Assembly: GCA_963813025.1 (NCBI GenBank)
Contig: CAWEXO010000011.1
Location: 480,001 to 544,000, forward strand
Direction of reading: 5' to 3'
Length of the DNA stretch: 64,000 nucleotides
From: an uncultured Verrucomicrobiae bacterium
Lineage (GTDB): Bacteria; Verrucomicrobiota; Verrucomicrobiia; Chthoniobacterales; JAFAMB01
Part shown: one piece after another, positions 40,488 through 51,239 of the stretch
Layout of the letters: each line of letters begins with the position of its first letter
Position numbering within the stretch: the first letter of the stretch is position 1
The notes under the pieces: model-generated
The model's database searches: none
What the model was told of the DNA's origin: nothing
The model's input: only the letters and a program-made list of their open reading frames with translations
Program-made: the position numbers and the translations under genes

Positions 40488-41893
40488 AACACTGGCATTT
40501 GAGTACGAAGCTGACCGCGTGGTCTGCTTTGATCGTCGGACTAAGCGTGCTGGCTTGCGCGGTCGGCACCGGCATTTTTCTGCGGCATGAACAATTGGAA
40601 ATACTCGACAATCAGCTCAAAAGAGAAGCACGCCATTTTTTTGCCGAATGGGAGGTGCGGACCGACCAGTCTTTTGACCAGAAGTTGGCGGAGGTCGAGC
40701 AGATGCTGCCTGTCCCGGCCAGCAAGCGTTATTATGAACTGCTCGATGATAATCGGCAGGTGCTGTACCGATCAAAAGATCTACCGGTTCGCGATCTCCC
40801 TTCCCCCCGCCTGATCGTCGATACGGTCCGATTGCCCAAGCAATATTATCGGCTAGCGACATTTCGGAAGGACGGCCTGGAGTTGCGTCTGGCGGCGAAT
40901 ATTCACGAAATCGAAACGAACGCCACTGAGCGAGCGATGGCGATCTTACCGGCGCTGCCGCTATTGGTTGGACTAACCGTTTTCGGTGGATGGTGGATCG
41001 CCCGAAAAGCGCTCGATCCGGTCAACAGCATCGCCGCTTCCGCTGAGCAGATCACCGCTGAGCGACTTGATCGGCGGCTGCCTGCTCCCCCGGTTGAGGA
41101 TGAGATAGGCCGTCTTACACGGGTGCTGAACGAAATGTTTGATCGCCTCGACCAGAGCTTCCAGCAGGCGGTACGGTTCAGTGCCGATGCATCCCATGAA
41201 TTAAAAACTCCCCTGACCGTTTTAAGAACGGGAATAGAGGACCTCCTGGAATCTCCTGCACTGATTGAGCGGGACCGGACGGCTGTGGCTGGCTTACTGG
41301 AGCAGACGCTCCGGCTGTCCTCGATCATCGATAGCCTTCTTTTGTTGTCGCGCGCGGATTGCGGCCGGCTGCAACTGGATCTGCAGCCGACCGACGTTTC
41401 GGAATTGATTGCGACCTGCGTAGAGGACGCCAGGATCCAGGCCGAGCCGAGACAGATCGACATTGAAGCGCGCTTGCCGCAGCGCCTTTGGGGTTATGTT
41501 GATGCTGGACGTCTCGGACAAATTCTGCTGAATCTTTTGAGCAACGCTATCAAGTTCAACGTCGATCGCGGACACATCACCGTGGCAGCCGGTCATGACG
41601 AATCCGACAAAATCCTCTGGATTAGGGTAGGCAACACTGGTCCCGCAATCCCCCCGAACGAGGTACCGCACGTTTTTGAGCGCTTTTTTCGCAGCGATAT
41701 CCAGCGCGACGTCCCTGGGCATGGTTTGGGATTAAGCCTGGCAAGGGAATTGGCCAGAGCGCACGGCGGCGATCTTGAACTTGAACATTCGGAAGACGGT
41801 TGGAGCCAGTTCCGGCTGACATTGGCGATCGAGAAAACGGAATTAAAAGCGGTGGCGGCGGAGGGAGCGGGTTCGGCAGTCGGAAGTGGTTGA
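40484..41893 (+). CDS. HAMP sensor histidine kinase (CusS-like)
   Basis: 2 TM, ASHELKTPL, NLLSNAIK, GHGLGL. Confidence 0.9.
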   Translation: MKHWHLSTKLTAWSALIVGLSVLACAVGTGIFLRHEQLEILDNQLKREARHFFAEWEVRTDQSFDQKLAEVEQMLPVPASKRYYELLDDNRQVLYRSKDLPVRDLPSPRLIVDTVRLPKQYYRLATFRKDGLELRLAANIHEIETNATERAMAILPALPLLVGLTVFGGWWIARKALDPVNSIAASAEQITAERLDRRLPAPPVEDEIGRLTRVLNEMFDRLDQSFQQAVRFSADASHELKTPLTVLRTGIEDLLESPALIERDRTAVAGLLEQTLRLSSIIDSLLLLSRADCGRLQLDLQPTDVSELIATCVEDARIQAEPRQIDIEARLPQRLWGYVDAGRLGQILLNLLSNAIKFNVDRGHITVAAGHDESDKILWIRVGNTGPAIPPNEVPHVFERFFRSDIQRDVPGHGLGLSLARELARAHGGDLELEHSEDGWSQFRLTLAIEKTELKAVAAEGAGSAVGSG

Positions 41894-41975
41894 TCGATTG
41901 CAGATTGGATCGACTTGATTGCTGGTTCACTTCTGCGCTCTTGCGCTATATCCCGCCGCTGACCGGCTGACTCTT

Positions 41976-43353
41976 TTAAATATGAATCGCCAGACCGAAG
42001 GCCTGCTCACTGGCTTCGTGGACCGCTTCGCTGAGCGTAGGGTGCGAGTGGATGGTGGCGTCGATATCTTCGTAAGTAGCCTCAAGGTTCATGGCCAGAC
42101 CGAGCTCAGCAATCAACTCGGTTGCCTCCGGACCAATGATGTGTGCGCCCAGAATCTCCCCGTGTGGCTGACCGATAAGCAGCTTCACAAATCCTTCTGA
42201 TTCACCCACGGCAAGAGCTTTCCCGTTCGCGGAGAACGGAAACTTGCCGATTTTGAAGTCCAATCCCTGCTCTCTGGCGGCACGTTCCGTCAGTCCAATG
42301 CTGGCGACCTGCGGTTGGCAATAGGTGCAGCCAGGAAAGAACTTGATTTTCTTCGGAGGATGCCCGACGAAGAGTCCTTCAACGGTCTGAATAGCTTCCC
42401 AGCTAGCGACGTGGGCCAGCCAAGGCGGGCCAATGATGTCGCCCGCCGCATAGATGCCGGGAACACTGGTCTGGTAATTATCATCAGTTTCCAGGAAACC
42501 ACCTCTTTCCACGGCGCAGCTCCACGCCCGGCGGCACAACGGGAGACACACCAATCGCGACCAGCACGGCATCTCCCTCCAGCGTCTGCTTTTTCTTGCC
42601 TTCAACCGTGAGACCCACCGCGTTCTCGCCGGCTTCGGCCTGAACGACCTTGGTATTGGTCAGGAACTTGATGCCCTGCCGCGTAAACGCTTTTTCCAAG
42701 GCGACGCTGACTTCGGTATCTTCCACCGGCAACAGGTTCGGCAGCATCTCGACCAGCGTGACCTCGGTGCCGAACGCATTAAAAAAGTAAGCGAATTCGA
42801 CCCCGATCGCGCCGGCCCCGATGATAATCAGCCGCTTGGGTTGGTTCTCAACGATCATTGCCTGATGGCTGTCGAGCACCGTTGTACCGTTGACGTCCAA
42901 GCTTGGCATGGCTTTAGCGATACACCCGGTGCTGATCAAAATTTTGCCGGTTTCCGCCGTTTCCTCCCGGCCCTCCCGTGATCGGTAACGCACTTGTCCC
43001 GCCTGCGGAATCGTTCCTTCGCCCAGCAAATAGTCGATCTTGTTTTTCTTGAAAAGAAATTCGACGCCGCCGGCTAGTTTGTTGGCTACTGAACGGCTGC
43101 GGGAGATGATCTTGGGCCAGTCAAAGCTCAGGTTGTCAAATTTGATGCCAAAGTCGCCGGCGCGCCGGCTCAGCAACGAATATAGCTCGGCATTGCGCAG
43201 AAGGGATTTTGTCGGAATGCAACCCCAATTCAGGCAGGTGCCCCCTGCCCTGTCTCTCTCGATACAGGCTACTTTTTTTCCAAGTTGTGCCGCGCGAATA
43301 GCTCCAACATAACCGGCCGGGCCACCGCCGATGACTATAAGGTCATATTTCAT
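41976..43353 (-). CDS. lpdA: Dihydrolipoamide dehydrogenase (E3); +1 frameshift at ~42516
   Basis: GGGPAG, GGTCLNWGCIP, HSHPTLSE split over two ORFs. Confidence 0.88.
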
Positions 43354-43495
43354 AGGTGAGTGCGAGTGCTAGTGCCAGTGCTTCCGAGCGAGTATCAATG
43401 CTCACTGCTGCTTTCCGTGCAAGCACACTCTTCGGGAAATTGCCGCCTTACGATCTGACGACCGACGCTGACACTGGCACTAGCATTGGCACTAC

Positions 43496-44875
43496 TTAAA
43501 TCAACATTAAGGCCGGAGTCTCGATAAGCCTTTTCAGCTCAGCAAGGAACTGCGCCCCAATCGCTCCATCGACCACGCGATGATCGCAGCTCAATCCAAG
43601 TGTCATTCTCTCGCCCGCGGCCAACTCGCCCTTCTCGTTAACTACCGGCTTTTTGACGATCGCGCCGACCGATACGATCAGAGCCTGCGGTGGGTTAATG
43701 ATGGCAAAAAATTGCTCCACACCATAGCTGCCGAGGTTCGAAACCGTTAACGTCCCTCCCTGGTATTCCTCGGGTTTCAACTTCTTGGAGCGAGCCCGGG
43801 CGGCGAGATCTTTAATGTCGGCGCTGATCTGAAGCAGGCTTTTGTTTTGGGCTTCGCGAATGACTGGAGTGACCAGCCCTTCGTCAATGGCGACAGCGCA
43901 AGCGAGCTGAACATTGGCAAATTGGACAATCGCGTCCCCCGCGAACGCCGCGTTGGCCTGAGGTACCCGGACAGCGACAACCGCCGTCGCTTTCAGGATA
44001 AAATCGTTGACAGTGACCTTTGGCTGCTTCGCCGCTTCTAGCGAAGCATTGATCTCGCGGCGAAGTGCCATTAGCGGTCCAACATCGACCTCAGCCTGCA
44101 GGTAAAAATGCGGGATGGTGGTTTTGGACTCCAGAAGACGAGCAGCGATTCCTTTGCGCATTCCGCTGAGGACAATGCGTTTGTCTTCGGTGGCGGCGCG
44201 AACCGGCTGCCCTTCCGCCGGCTTTGGCGGCGTCGAGACAGGTTTCTCCGCTGCACGGGCGGGTTTGGCGCCGGCTTTGGCGGCTGCCAGAACGTCGTCG
44301 CGGACGATTCGCCCGCCGGGTCCGGTGCCAGTGAGAGATCCCAGGTCGACACCAAGCTCGCGGCCAATTTTCCGAGCCAGCGGCGAGGCTTTCACCCGTT
44401 GACCGGTTTTCCCGCTGTCTTCGGCGGCGCGAATTCCCTGCGTAGCAGTCTCTCCAGGAGCGGTCGAGCTCGGCGGTTTTGCTTCGCCCTCCGTCTTGTC
44501 AGCAATCTCCGGCTGCGTCGCGTCTCTCTCAGCTTGGGCCGTTCTGCCCTGCGCTTCGTCCTTTTGTGTATCCTTGTTCGGACTCACTCCGGACTGCTCG
44601 GAAGTGGCCGATTTAGCTCCTCCGTCTGGTTTTTCTCCTTCCTGCAAAAGGACGGCTAGCTTCTGCCCAACTTCCACCTTTTGACCCTCCTCCACATAAA
44701 TTTCGCTGAGCGTACCTTCGTCGAATGCCTCCATTTCCATCGTGGCCTTATCGGTCTCAACCTCGGCCAGAACGTCTCCCACCTCGACCTGGTCGCCTGG
44801 CTTCTTGATCCAACGCACCAGCGTGCCCTCCGTCATGGTGTCGCTCAGTTTCGGCATCTCGATCGTAATCGGCAT
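43496..44875 (-). CDS. pdhC: Pyruvate dehydrogenase E2 acetyltransferase
   Basis: Lipoyl ETDKA, ASPLAR E3-binding domain, DHRVVDG. Confidence 0.93.
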   Translation of the reverse strand: MPITIEMPKLSDTMTEGTLVRWIKKPGDQVEVGDVLAEVETDKATMEMEAFDEGTLSEIYVEEGQKVEVGQKLAVLLQEGEKPDGGAKSATSEQSGVSPNKDTQKDEAQGRTAQAERDATQPEIADKTEGEAKPPSSTAPGETATQGIRAAEDSGKTGQRVKASPLARKIGRELGVDLGSLTGTGPGGRIVRDDVLAAAKAGAKPARAAEKPVSTPPKPAEGQPVRAATEDKRIVLSGMRKGIAARLLESKTTIPHFYLQAEVDVGPLMALRREINASLEAAKQPKVTVNDFILKATAVVAVRVPQANAAFAGDAIVQFANVQLACAVAIDEGLVTPVIREAQNKSLLQISADIKDLAARARSKKLKPEEYQGGTLTVSNLGSYGVEQFFAIINPPQALIVSVGAIVKKPVVNEKGELAAGERMTLGLSCDHRVVDGAIGAQFLAELKRLIETPALMLI

Positions 44876-44891
44876 AGTGACGGACTGGAGT

Positions 44892-45866
44892 TCAGCAGAT
44901 CTCAAGCACTTTGCACAGGACGCGCCGCGGGTCGGGCAGCTGCATTTTTTCCAGGGGCGGACTGTAAATCGCCGGCGCGTCCAGCGCGGAGATTCGCGCT
45001 ATCGGAGCGTCCAGATCATCAAAGGCTTTCTCCTGGATCATAGCGGTTATTTGGGCGCCAGTACCGCAGAACGGCTTGTTCTCTTCCACGACAATCACCC
45101 GATGAGTTTTGCGCACCGACGCCAGGATCGTCCCCTCGTCCAATGGGCGAATCGAGCGCAGATCGATCACCTCAGCATTGATATCATGTTCCGCCGCCAG
45201 ATGTTCGGCCGCCGTCAAACACGTGAGAACCGCTCGCCCGTGTGCCACCAGAGTGATGTCCGTTCCCGCCCGCTTCACATCGGCTACTCCCAACGGAATG
45301 AGATACTCATCATCGGGAACCTCCCACTTCTCGCCGTAAAGCAGCGTGTTCTCCATGAACATCACCGGATCGTTATCACGGATCGAGGTTTTCAGCAGAC
45401 CCTTGGCGTCGTAAGCTGTCGCCGGGACTACCACTTTCAGCCCAGGCATGTTGGCCAAAAGATTATCAGGCGTATGAGAATGGGTCGCTCCGACGTTTGT
45501 GCCGGCATTCGCCGGACCGCGAATGACAATGGGCAGATGCAACAGACCACCGGACATGTAACGGATACAGCCGGCATTATTCACTATCTGGTCGAACGCC
45601 ACGTAAGCGAAACTCCAGAACATCAGTTCGAGAACCGGCCGCAATCCGAGCATCGACGCTCCAATCCCCATGCCGATGAAGGCTGCCTCGCTAATCGGAG
45701 TATCGACCAATCTCCGGTCGCCATACTTCTTCCAAAGGCCCTCGGTGATCTTGTAAGCGCCATTGTACTGGGCTACTTCCTCCCCGATGACCACCACATT
45801 TTCGTCCCGCTGGATCTCCTCATCGAGGGCAGTTTTCAGGGCGTTTCGATAAGTAATAAGAGGCAT
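44892..45866 (-). CDS. pdhB: Pyruvate dehydrogenase E1 beta
   Basis: GEEVAQYNGAYK, DTPISE, DLRSIRPLD. Confidence 0.93.
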   Translation of the reverse strand: MPLITYRNALKTALDEEIQRDENVVVIGEEVAQYNGAYKITEGLWKKYGDRRLVDTPISEAAFIGMGIGASMLGLRPVLELMFWSFAYVAFDQIVNNAGCIRYMSGGLLHLPIVIRGPANAGTNVGATHSHTPDNLLANMPGLKVVVPATAYDAKGLLKTSIRDNDPVMFMENTLLYGEKWEVPDDEYLIPLGVADVKRAGTDITLVAHGRAVLTCLTAAEHLAAEHDINAEVIDLRSIRPLDEGTILASVRKTHRVIVVEENKPFCGTGAQITAMIQEKAFDDLDAPIARISALDAPAIYSPPLEKMQLPDPRRVLCKVLEIC

Positions 45867-46039
45867 CGTGGCAAACTAGAGTCCTTGAACACTGAAATTA
45901 CTGTAGATGAATCAAGTTCTTAAGCGGATCTTTTTTAATTATTCTTTTCTTCGCTCTTCAATGACTCTGACCGCGAGACCGCAAAACCAGGGTCAGCTAG
46001 ATCTCCACGCCTGCCTCGTCGGTCTGAGGTGCGGCCTCG

Positions 46040-47137
46040 TTACGAATTAAAGAAAAACTTGCCGTGTTTTGCCGCTTCGGTGTGATGGTCCACTTCCCAG
46101 TAAACATCGCACAGAATATCACTCTTCTCGGGGAACGGACTCTCCTCGGCGAACTTCACGCTCTGGTTCGCTTCTTCTTTGGCCTCTTTGTCGATTTTTT
46201 CAAACTGGTCTTCATCCAACAGGCCTTCCTTCATCAAGGTACGCGACCAGACCTGGATGGGATCGTGCTCGCTCTTGTACCGCTCGATCTCCTCGGGCGA
46301 CCGATATTTTTTCGCGTTGGCGTCCGCAACGGAATGACCGTAATACCGATAAGTTTGGACCTCGAGCAGCGTCGGTTCACTTTCAGTGTGCGCCCGGTCA
46401 ATCGCGGTCTGAGTTTTGGCCCGAACCTCATAGATGTCTTCTCCCTGAAACACGTCCCAAGGCATATTGTAGGCTTCCGCGCGTTGGGCGAGACCGCCTT
46501 TAAATGCCGAGGATCGTTGCAGACTCGTGCCCATCGAATAGCCGTTGTTCTCAATGATATAAATAACGGGCAGTTTAAATAACTCGGCCATGTTTAGCGA
46601 TTCGTGGAACGGGCCTTGGTTAATTGCCCCGTCGCCCAGAAAACATAAGCAGCAGCCGCGGACGCCTTTATACTTCAAAGCATAGGCGATCCCTGCGCCG
46701 AGGGGTGTCTGACCTCCAACAATGCCGTGACCACCCCAAAAGCGTTTGTCCGGTGCGAAGAAATGCATCGAACCACCCTTCCCTTTCGAACAACCGGTCG
46801 CTCGTCCAAACAGTTCGGCCATGCATTCATTCATGGACATTCCAATTGCCAAAGCGTGACCGTGATCGCGATACGCGGTGATCACATGATCCGTCGGCGA
46901 AAGTAACGAAATCGCGCCGACCGCCACGGCTTCTTCACCAGAATAAAGATGGAGGAAACCACCCATTTTTCCCAAGTTATAATATTTCAAGGCCGTTTGT
47001 TCGAAACGCCGGATCCGGCACATATCGGTCAACAAACGAATCTTATCCTCTTTGCTTAGCAAACGATTGATCGGGGCGTCGGCGTAGCTGGGCTTGGCGG
47101 AGGAAGTTTCCTTGGACTTGGTGGAGGAAGTTTCCAT
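46040..47137 (-). CDS. pdhA: Pyruvate dehydrogenase E1 alpha
   Basis: GFLHLY, GKGGSMH, GDGA..NN TPP motif, YRYYGHS. Confidence 0.93.
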   Translation of the reverse strand: METSSTKSKETSSAKPSYADAPINRLLSKEDKIRLLTDMCRIRRFEQTALKYYNLGKMGGFLHLYSGEEAVAVGAISLLSPTDHVITAYRDHGHALAIGMSMNECMAELFGRATGCSKGKGGSMHFFAPDKRFWGGHGIVGGQTPLGAGIAYALKYKGVRGCCLCFLGDGAINQGPFHESLNMAELFKLPVIYIIENNGYSMGTSLQRSSAFKGGLAQRAEAYNMPWDVFQGEDIYEVRAKTQTAIDRAHTESEPTLLEVQTYRYYGHSVADANAKKYRSPEEIERYKSEHDPIQVWSRTLMKEGLLDEDQFEKIDKEAKEEANQSVKFAEESPFPEKSDILCDVYWEVDHHTEAAKHGKFFFNS

Positions 47138-47156
47138 AACAAAGGTGCTACGAAAT

Positions 47157-47792
47157 CTAAGTGTTTTTTGGCGTTTCGGAAAGAGAGTCGGTCATTTTCG
47201 GCACCGCAGCCGAGGCCAGCCTTTGTCGGCGTGGCAGGCTGGACAGGGCCCAGGATAGCAAGAAGAGGATGGTGAAACTCAAATCGCTGACGAGGGTGTT
47301 GCGAAAGAAAAGAATGGTCGGTGGGAATCCCGGGTGACCCGCAGTCAAGGACTGATAAAGGCCCGCGGCGGTCCGAGGATAAGGAGTTACTGGCAGCGGG
47401 CCAGAAGCGTCGAACCACCAATCGGCGGTGTTGGTGATCAGATAGAAAAGTAAGGAGGCGACGACCGAGCCAGCGAGAGTGTACAACATCTTATAATGTT
47501 GTTGCTTGGATAGCCAGAAGCCCAGCAGAAGGATGAGCCCAAAACTAAAATACCCGGGGATCATCCGGGTATCGAGCAATGGTACCTGGTAATGTGCGTT
47601 GAGGATTAAATCGCTGAGCAATACGATGGCGAGAGGTATGAGGAAAGCAGCCCGGGGCCGCAGATACGCCCCTGCGCACAAAATAATCGCGGCCAGGGGC
47701 GAGAAATTCGCCCAATCGGCGGGCGCCCCGGCCAGAGCGTAAAGCACCCGGTAACATATTGCGACAACGATGAGGAGAAGAGCGGCGGGCAT
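47157..47792 (-). CDS. DUF6580-like putative membrane transport protein
   Basis: NFSPLAA, LSDLILN, FYLITN, FFRNTLVSD; multiple TM segments. Confidence 0.7.
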   Translation of the reverse strand: MPAALLLIVVAICYRVLYALAGAPADWANFSPLAAIILCAGAYLRPRAAFLIPLAIVLLSDLILNAHYQVPLLDTRMIPGYFSFGLILLLGFWLSKQQHYKMLYTLAGSVVASLLFYLITNTADWWFDASGPLPVTPYPRTAAGLYQSLTAGHPGFPPTILFFRNTLVSDLSFTILFLLSWALSSLPRRQRLASAAVPKMTDSLSETPKNT

Positions 47793-48009
47793 GACGCAAA
47801 ACAGTTAGGCAACGGAGCAACGAAAGCAAAGGGAATCAGAAAATGAACGGAGGAGGGGAGCGAACTAAATAACATTATAGTAAAGCGTTATGTCATTGCC
47901 GGCAACAGGAGGACCGACGGCTGGAACGGCTCAAGGCGCGATTCCCGGCGGCTATCCGCGTTTTCTAAGTGAGACTGAGCAACAAACTCACGCCGCTTAG
48001 GCTGCCAGA

Positions 48010-48291
48010 TCACCAGTCCTTGACCATAGCCGAGAGCTCTTCAATGAGCAGATCGATTTTTTTTAGATCTTTGCGGCGGCCTTTTTCGGGTTTCAGATCG
48101 AGGGTTCGACAGAGGGTGAGCATGTCACGGAAATCGCGGATTCGCGAGGCTGAAATCTTCGGATTTTCGGCCTGCTCGATCACCGCATCGCGAACTTGCA
48201 CCAGATCCTTGTCCAAGCGGGCGGCGTAGACGTCGACGCAATCCCGAAACGTCTTACGCAAAAAGTCCAGCTCTTCAGCCAGGGACTTCAT
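48010..48291 (-). CDS. Small hypothetical helical protein
   Basis: MKSLAEELDF...KGRRKDLKKID; only the C-terminal part of the track ORF looks coding. Confidence 0.65.
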   Translation of the reverse strand: MKSLAEELDFLRKTFRDCVDVYAARLDKDLVQVRDAVIEQAENPKISASRIRDFRDMLTLCRTLDLKPEKGRRKDLKKIDLLIEELSAMVKDW

Positions 48292-48638
48292 GGGTGAGAC
48301 CTCGAGGGATTTTGTCATGGCGGCAGAAACAGTCAACCAATAGTGAACGAAACGGCGAGGAATGTCACGCGAAAGAAAGAAGTTATTTACGCTTAGCCAG
48401 TTTGCAGCGGCCTGAGTGGCGGAGCGGCCTGAGCGAAATCGAGCGGCGCAGGCGAGTGGTCCGGCGGAGCAGCGAATTGTGGGCAACAACTGCACGTGCG
48501 AACGGAACCTTCGCGGGTCCCTCGGGCCGCTTTTTGCGCTCGCTTGCTGCACCTCTTCGGCGAAGCCGCTCAGCCCGGTCAAGCCGCTCCAAAGCGTTCC
48601 TGGGTTGAATTCCCGGCCTAATTCACGGATTCTGGCAG

Positions 48639-50498
48639 GTGATACTATATCCAAAGCACTATGATGTCGTCGTCGTGGGCGCCGGGCACGCGGGGATTGA
48701 GGCGGCGGCGGCAGCGGCCCGCTTGGGGTGTGGCGTGTTAATGCTCACGCAGAATCTGGATACAATCGGCCAAATGTCCTGTAACCCGGCGATTGGGGGG
48801 CTGGGAAAAGGACACATTGTGCGGGAGATCGACGCGCTGGGAGGTCTGATGGGGGTTAACACGGACGCCACAGGGATCCAATTTCGGATGCTTAACGCCA
48901 ACAAAGGTCCCAGCGTTCGGGCGCCGCGTGCGCAATGTGATAAGAAAGCGTACCAGTTTCGACTGAAGAACGTCCTGGAGGCCATTCCCAACCTGGACCT
49001 GTTCCAGGGGAACGTTGTGCAATTGCTCGTCGAAGACGGAACGATGACCGGGGTCGAGACCAACCTGGGTCTGCGTATCACGGCCCGGGCAGTAATTCTG
49101 ACGACAGGCACCTTTATGCGCGGACTGCTCCATGTCGGATTGCAGAATCAGGCCGGCGGTCGCATGGGCGACGCCGCATCGACAGTAAGCGATAGCCTGC
49201 GTCAGTTGGGCTTCAGTCTCGGCCGGTTCAAAACCGGCACTCCGTGCCGCGTCAACGCGCGGTCAATCGATTTGTCCCGGTGCGAGCGCCAGGATGGCGA
49301 CACCTCTCCGCCCCGGTTTTCCGCGCAGGAGAGGGGATTCGCTCCCGGGCCCTTCACGCTGAACAGCCTGCGCGACGGGATGTTCCACGTGGAACAGGTC
49401 CCGTGTTGGATTACGCATACGACAGAGGAGACGCACCGTTTGATTCGCCAGAATCTCGACAAATCACCGATGTTCAGCGGAATTATCCAGGGTGTCGGTC
49501 CACGATACTGTCCCTCTATCGAGGATAAGGTCGTCAAATTCGCCGATAAAACGTCCCACCAGCTCTTTCTCGAGCCTGAGGGACGTCAAACGAACGAAGT
49601 TTACCTCAACGGACTCTCAACCAGCCTGCCCTTTGAGGTTCAGCACGCGTTTGTCCGTAGCGTTCCTGGCCTGGAACGCGCCGAGATCGTCCGCCCGGGA
49701 TACGCCGTGGAGTATGATTATTGTCCGCCGACCCAACTCTATCCGACCCTGGAAACCAAGCGGATCCAGGCACTCTATTTCGCGGGCCAAATTAACGGTA
49801 CCTCGGGTTATGAAGAGGCCGCCGCACAAGGTCTTGTAGCCGGCATCAATGCAGGCCACAAAATCTTCGGTAAACCTCCCTTCGTTCTTTCCCGGGCGGA
49901 AGCCTATATCGGGGTGTTAATCGATGATCTGGTAACCAAAGGAGTGCAAGAGCCCTATCGGATGTTTACCAGCCGTGCGGAGTACCGGCTTTTGCTCCGC
50001 CAGGACAATGCGGACCTCCGTCTCACCCCATTAGCTTGGCAGCATGGTCTGGTCAGCGTAGGGGAGTGGCAACGGGTCTCGGCCAAGATTCAGCAGATTG
50101 CCGCCGCCAAGACGCTGCTCACCGAGAAAACGCAACAGCGGTGGGCGGCGCTTCTGCGTCGGCCGGAAGCGACTTTCCGCGATCTCCCGGCCTCAGTGCT
50201 TGCGCAGTTTCCCGCCTCGATCTGGGAACAAGTCGAGACCGATTTGAAGTATGAGGGCTACATCCGGCGCCAGGAAACTGCGATCGCAAAAGCCGAACGC
50301 GACGAGAATCGACCAGTGCCGCCGCATCTGGATTTTAGGGAGGTTCAGGGCCTCCGCGCCGAAGCACGGCAAAAATTTACCCAGATTCAACCGCAAACGC
50401 TGGGACAAGCGGGGCGCATTAGCGGGATTACTCCGGCCGACATTGCCTTGCTGACGATATTTCTGGAAAAAACAAATCGCTCAACTGTCTCTTGTTGA
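48639..50498 (+). CDS. mnmG: tRNA uridine-5-carboxymethylaminomethyl modification enzyme MnmG (GidA)
   Basis: GAGHAG, MSCNPAIGG, GPRYCPSIE, AGQINGTSGYEEAAAQG. Confidence 0.97.
   Translation: MILYPKHYDVVVVGAGHAGIEAAAAAARLGCGVLMLTQNLDTIGQMSCNPAIGGLGKGHIVREIDALGGLMGVNTDATGIQFRMLNANKGPSVRAPRAQCDKKAYQFRLKNVLEAIPNLDLFQGNVVQLLVEDGTMTGVETNLGLRITARAVILTTGTFMRGLLHVGLQNQAGGRMGDAASTVSDSLRQLGFSLGRFKTGTPCRVNARSIDLSRCERQDGDTSPPRFSAQERGFAPGPFTLNSLRDGMFHVEQVPCWITHTTEETHRLIRQNLDKSPMFSGIIQGVGPRYCPSIEDKVVKFADKTSHQLFLEPEGRQTNEVYLNGLSTSLPFEVQHAFVRSVPGLERAEIVRPGYAVEYDYCPPTQLYPTLETKRIQALYFAGQINGTSGYEEAAAQGLVAGINAGHKIFGKPPFVLSRAEAYIGVLIDDLVTKGVQEPYRMFTSRAEYRLLLRQDNADLRLTPLAWQHGLVSVGEWQRVSAKIQQIAAAKTLLTEKTQQRWAALLRRPEATFRDLPASVLAQFPASIWEQVETDLKYEGYIRRQETAIAKAERDENRPVPPHLDFREVQGLRAEARQKFTQIQPQTLGQAGRISGITPADIALLTIFLEKTNRSTVSC
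49381..49396. promoter_or_regulatory. parS site inside mnmG
   Basis: Perfect palindrome TGTTCCACGTGGAACA matching the parS consensus. Confidence 0.85.
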
Positions 50499-50650
50499 GC
50501 CGCTGAACCGTCGTCCTGCGAGTGCTCCGGTGAGCATCGCAATGGCAGCCGAGCGAAATGCCGCGTCGCCAAACACCATAAACGGCGGGGCGAACACTCC
50601 CTTTGCAACAAATTGCGTTGGCCGTGTGTCTTCCCGGAAAGCGAAACAAC

Positions 50651-50690
50651 TTGACAATGATTAGGACGCTAATAATTAGGCAGCTTAATT
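50651..50690 (+). promoter_or_regulatory. Promoter/MarR operator region
   Basis: TTGACA followed by palindromes attag-gacg-ctaat and aatta-ggcagct-taatt. Confidence 0.55.
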
Positions 50691-50692
50691 TT

Positions 50693-51232
50693 ATGCCCGA
50701 CGAGGTCCCTTATTTTAAAAACCTTCCCCGCTACGATATTTTGCGCACCGAAGCGGAACGCTGCCCCGAGTTTGACGCCTCAGCCTGCTTCGCTTTTCTG
50801 CATCTTCTGAAGACTGGGCACGAACTTCTCTCGCTGGACTCGCAGGTTCTCAGTTCGCTCGGGACGCGGCAAGGTCGCTTCTCCCTCCTGCTGCTGGCAA
50901 ATAAGCATGATGCACCAACGGCCGCCGAGCTGGCCGAGGATACCGGCGTCACCCGAGCAACGATCACGGGTTTACTGGACGGCCTGGAACGAGAGGGTCT
51001 GATCGAACGCCGGACGGATTCGGAGGACCGTCGCGCTGTCCGAGTGCATTTAACGCCGCTTGGTTTGGTCCTGCTGGAAAAGGTGAAGCCGGCTTATTGC
51101 CAGTGGTTTTCCCAGGTGGTCGCGAACCTGACCGAGAACGAGCGACAGCAGTTGGTGGGTCTTCTAACAAAAATCCAGGTGCAAATGGCGCGTCTGACCG
51201 CGGAAATTCCGGGAACATCCCGAGCGGCCTGA
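50693..51232 (+). CDS. MarR-family regulator
   Basis: TRATITGLLDGLE, DRR, LTPLG winged HTH; start taken at MPDEV. Confidence 0.9.
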   Translation: MPDEVPYFKNLPRYDILRTEAERCPEFDASACFAFLHLLKTGHELLSLDSQVLSSLGTRQGRFSLLLLANKHDAPTAAELAEDTGVTRATITGLLDGLEREGLIERRTDSEDRRAVRVHLTPLGLVLLEKVKPAYCQWFSQVVANLTENERQQLVGLLTKIQVQMARLTAEIPGTSRAA

Positions 51233-51239
51233 GAACAAC

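Noticed and set aside
47793..48009. Cobalamin riboswitch upstream of the DUF6580-like gene
   Set aside because: No B12-box elements seen
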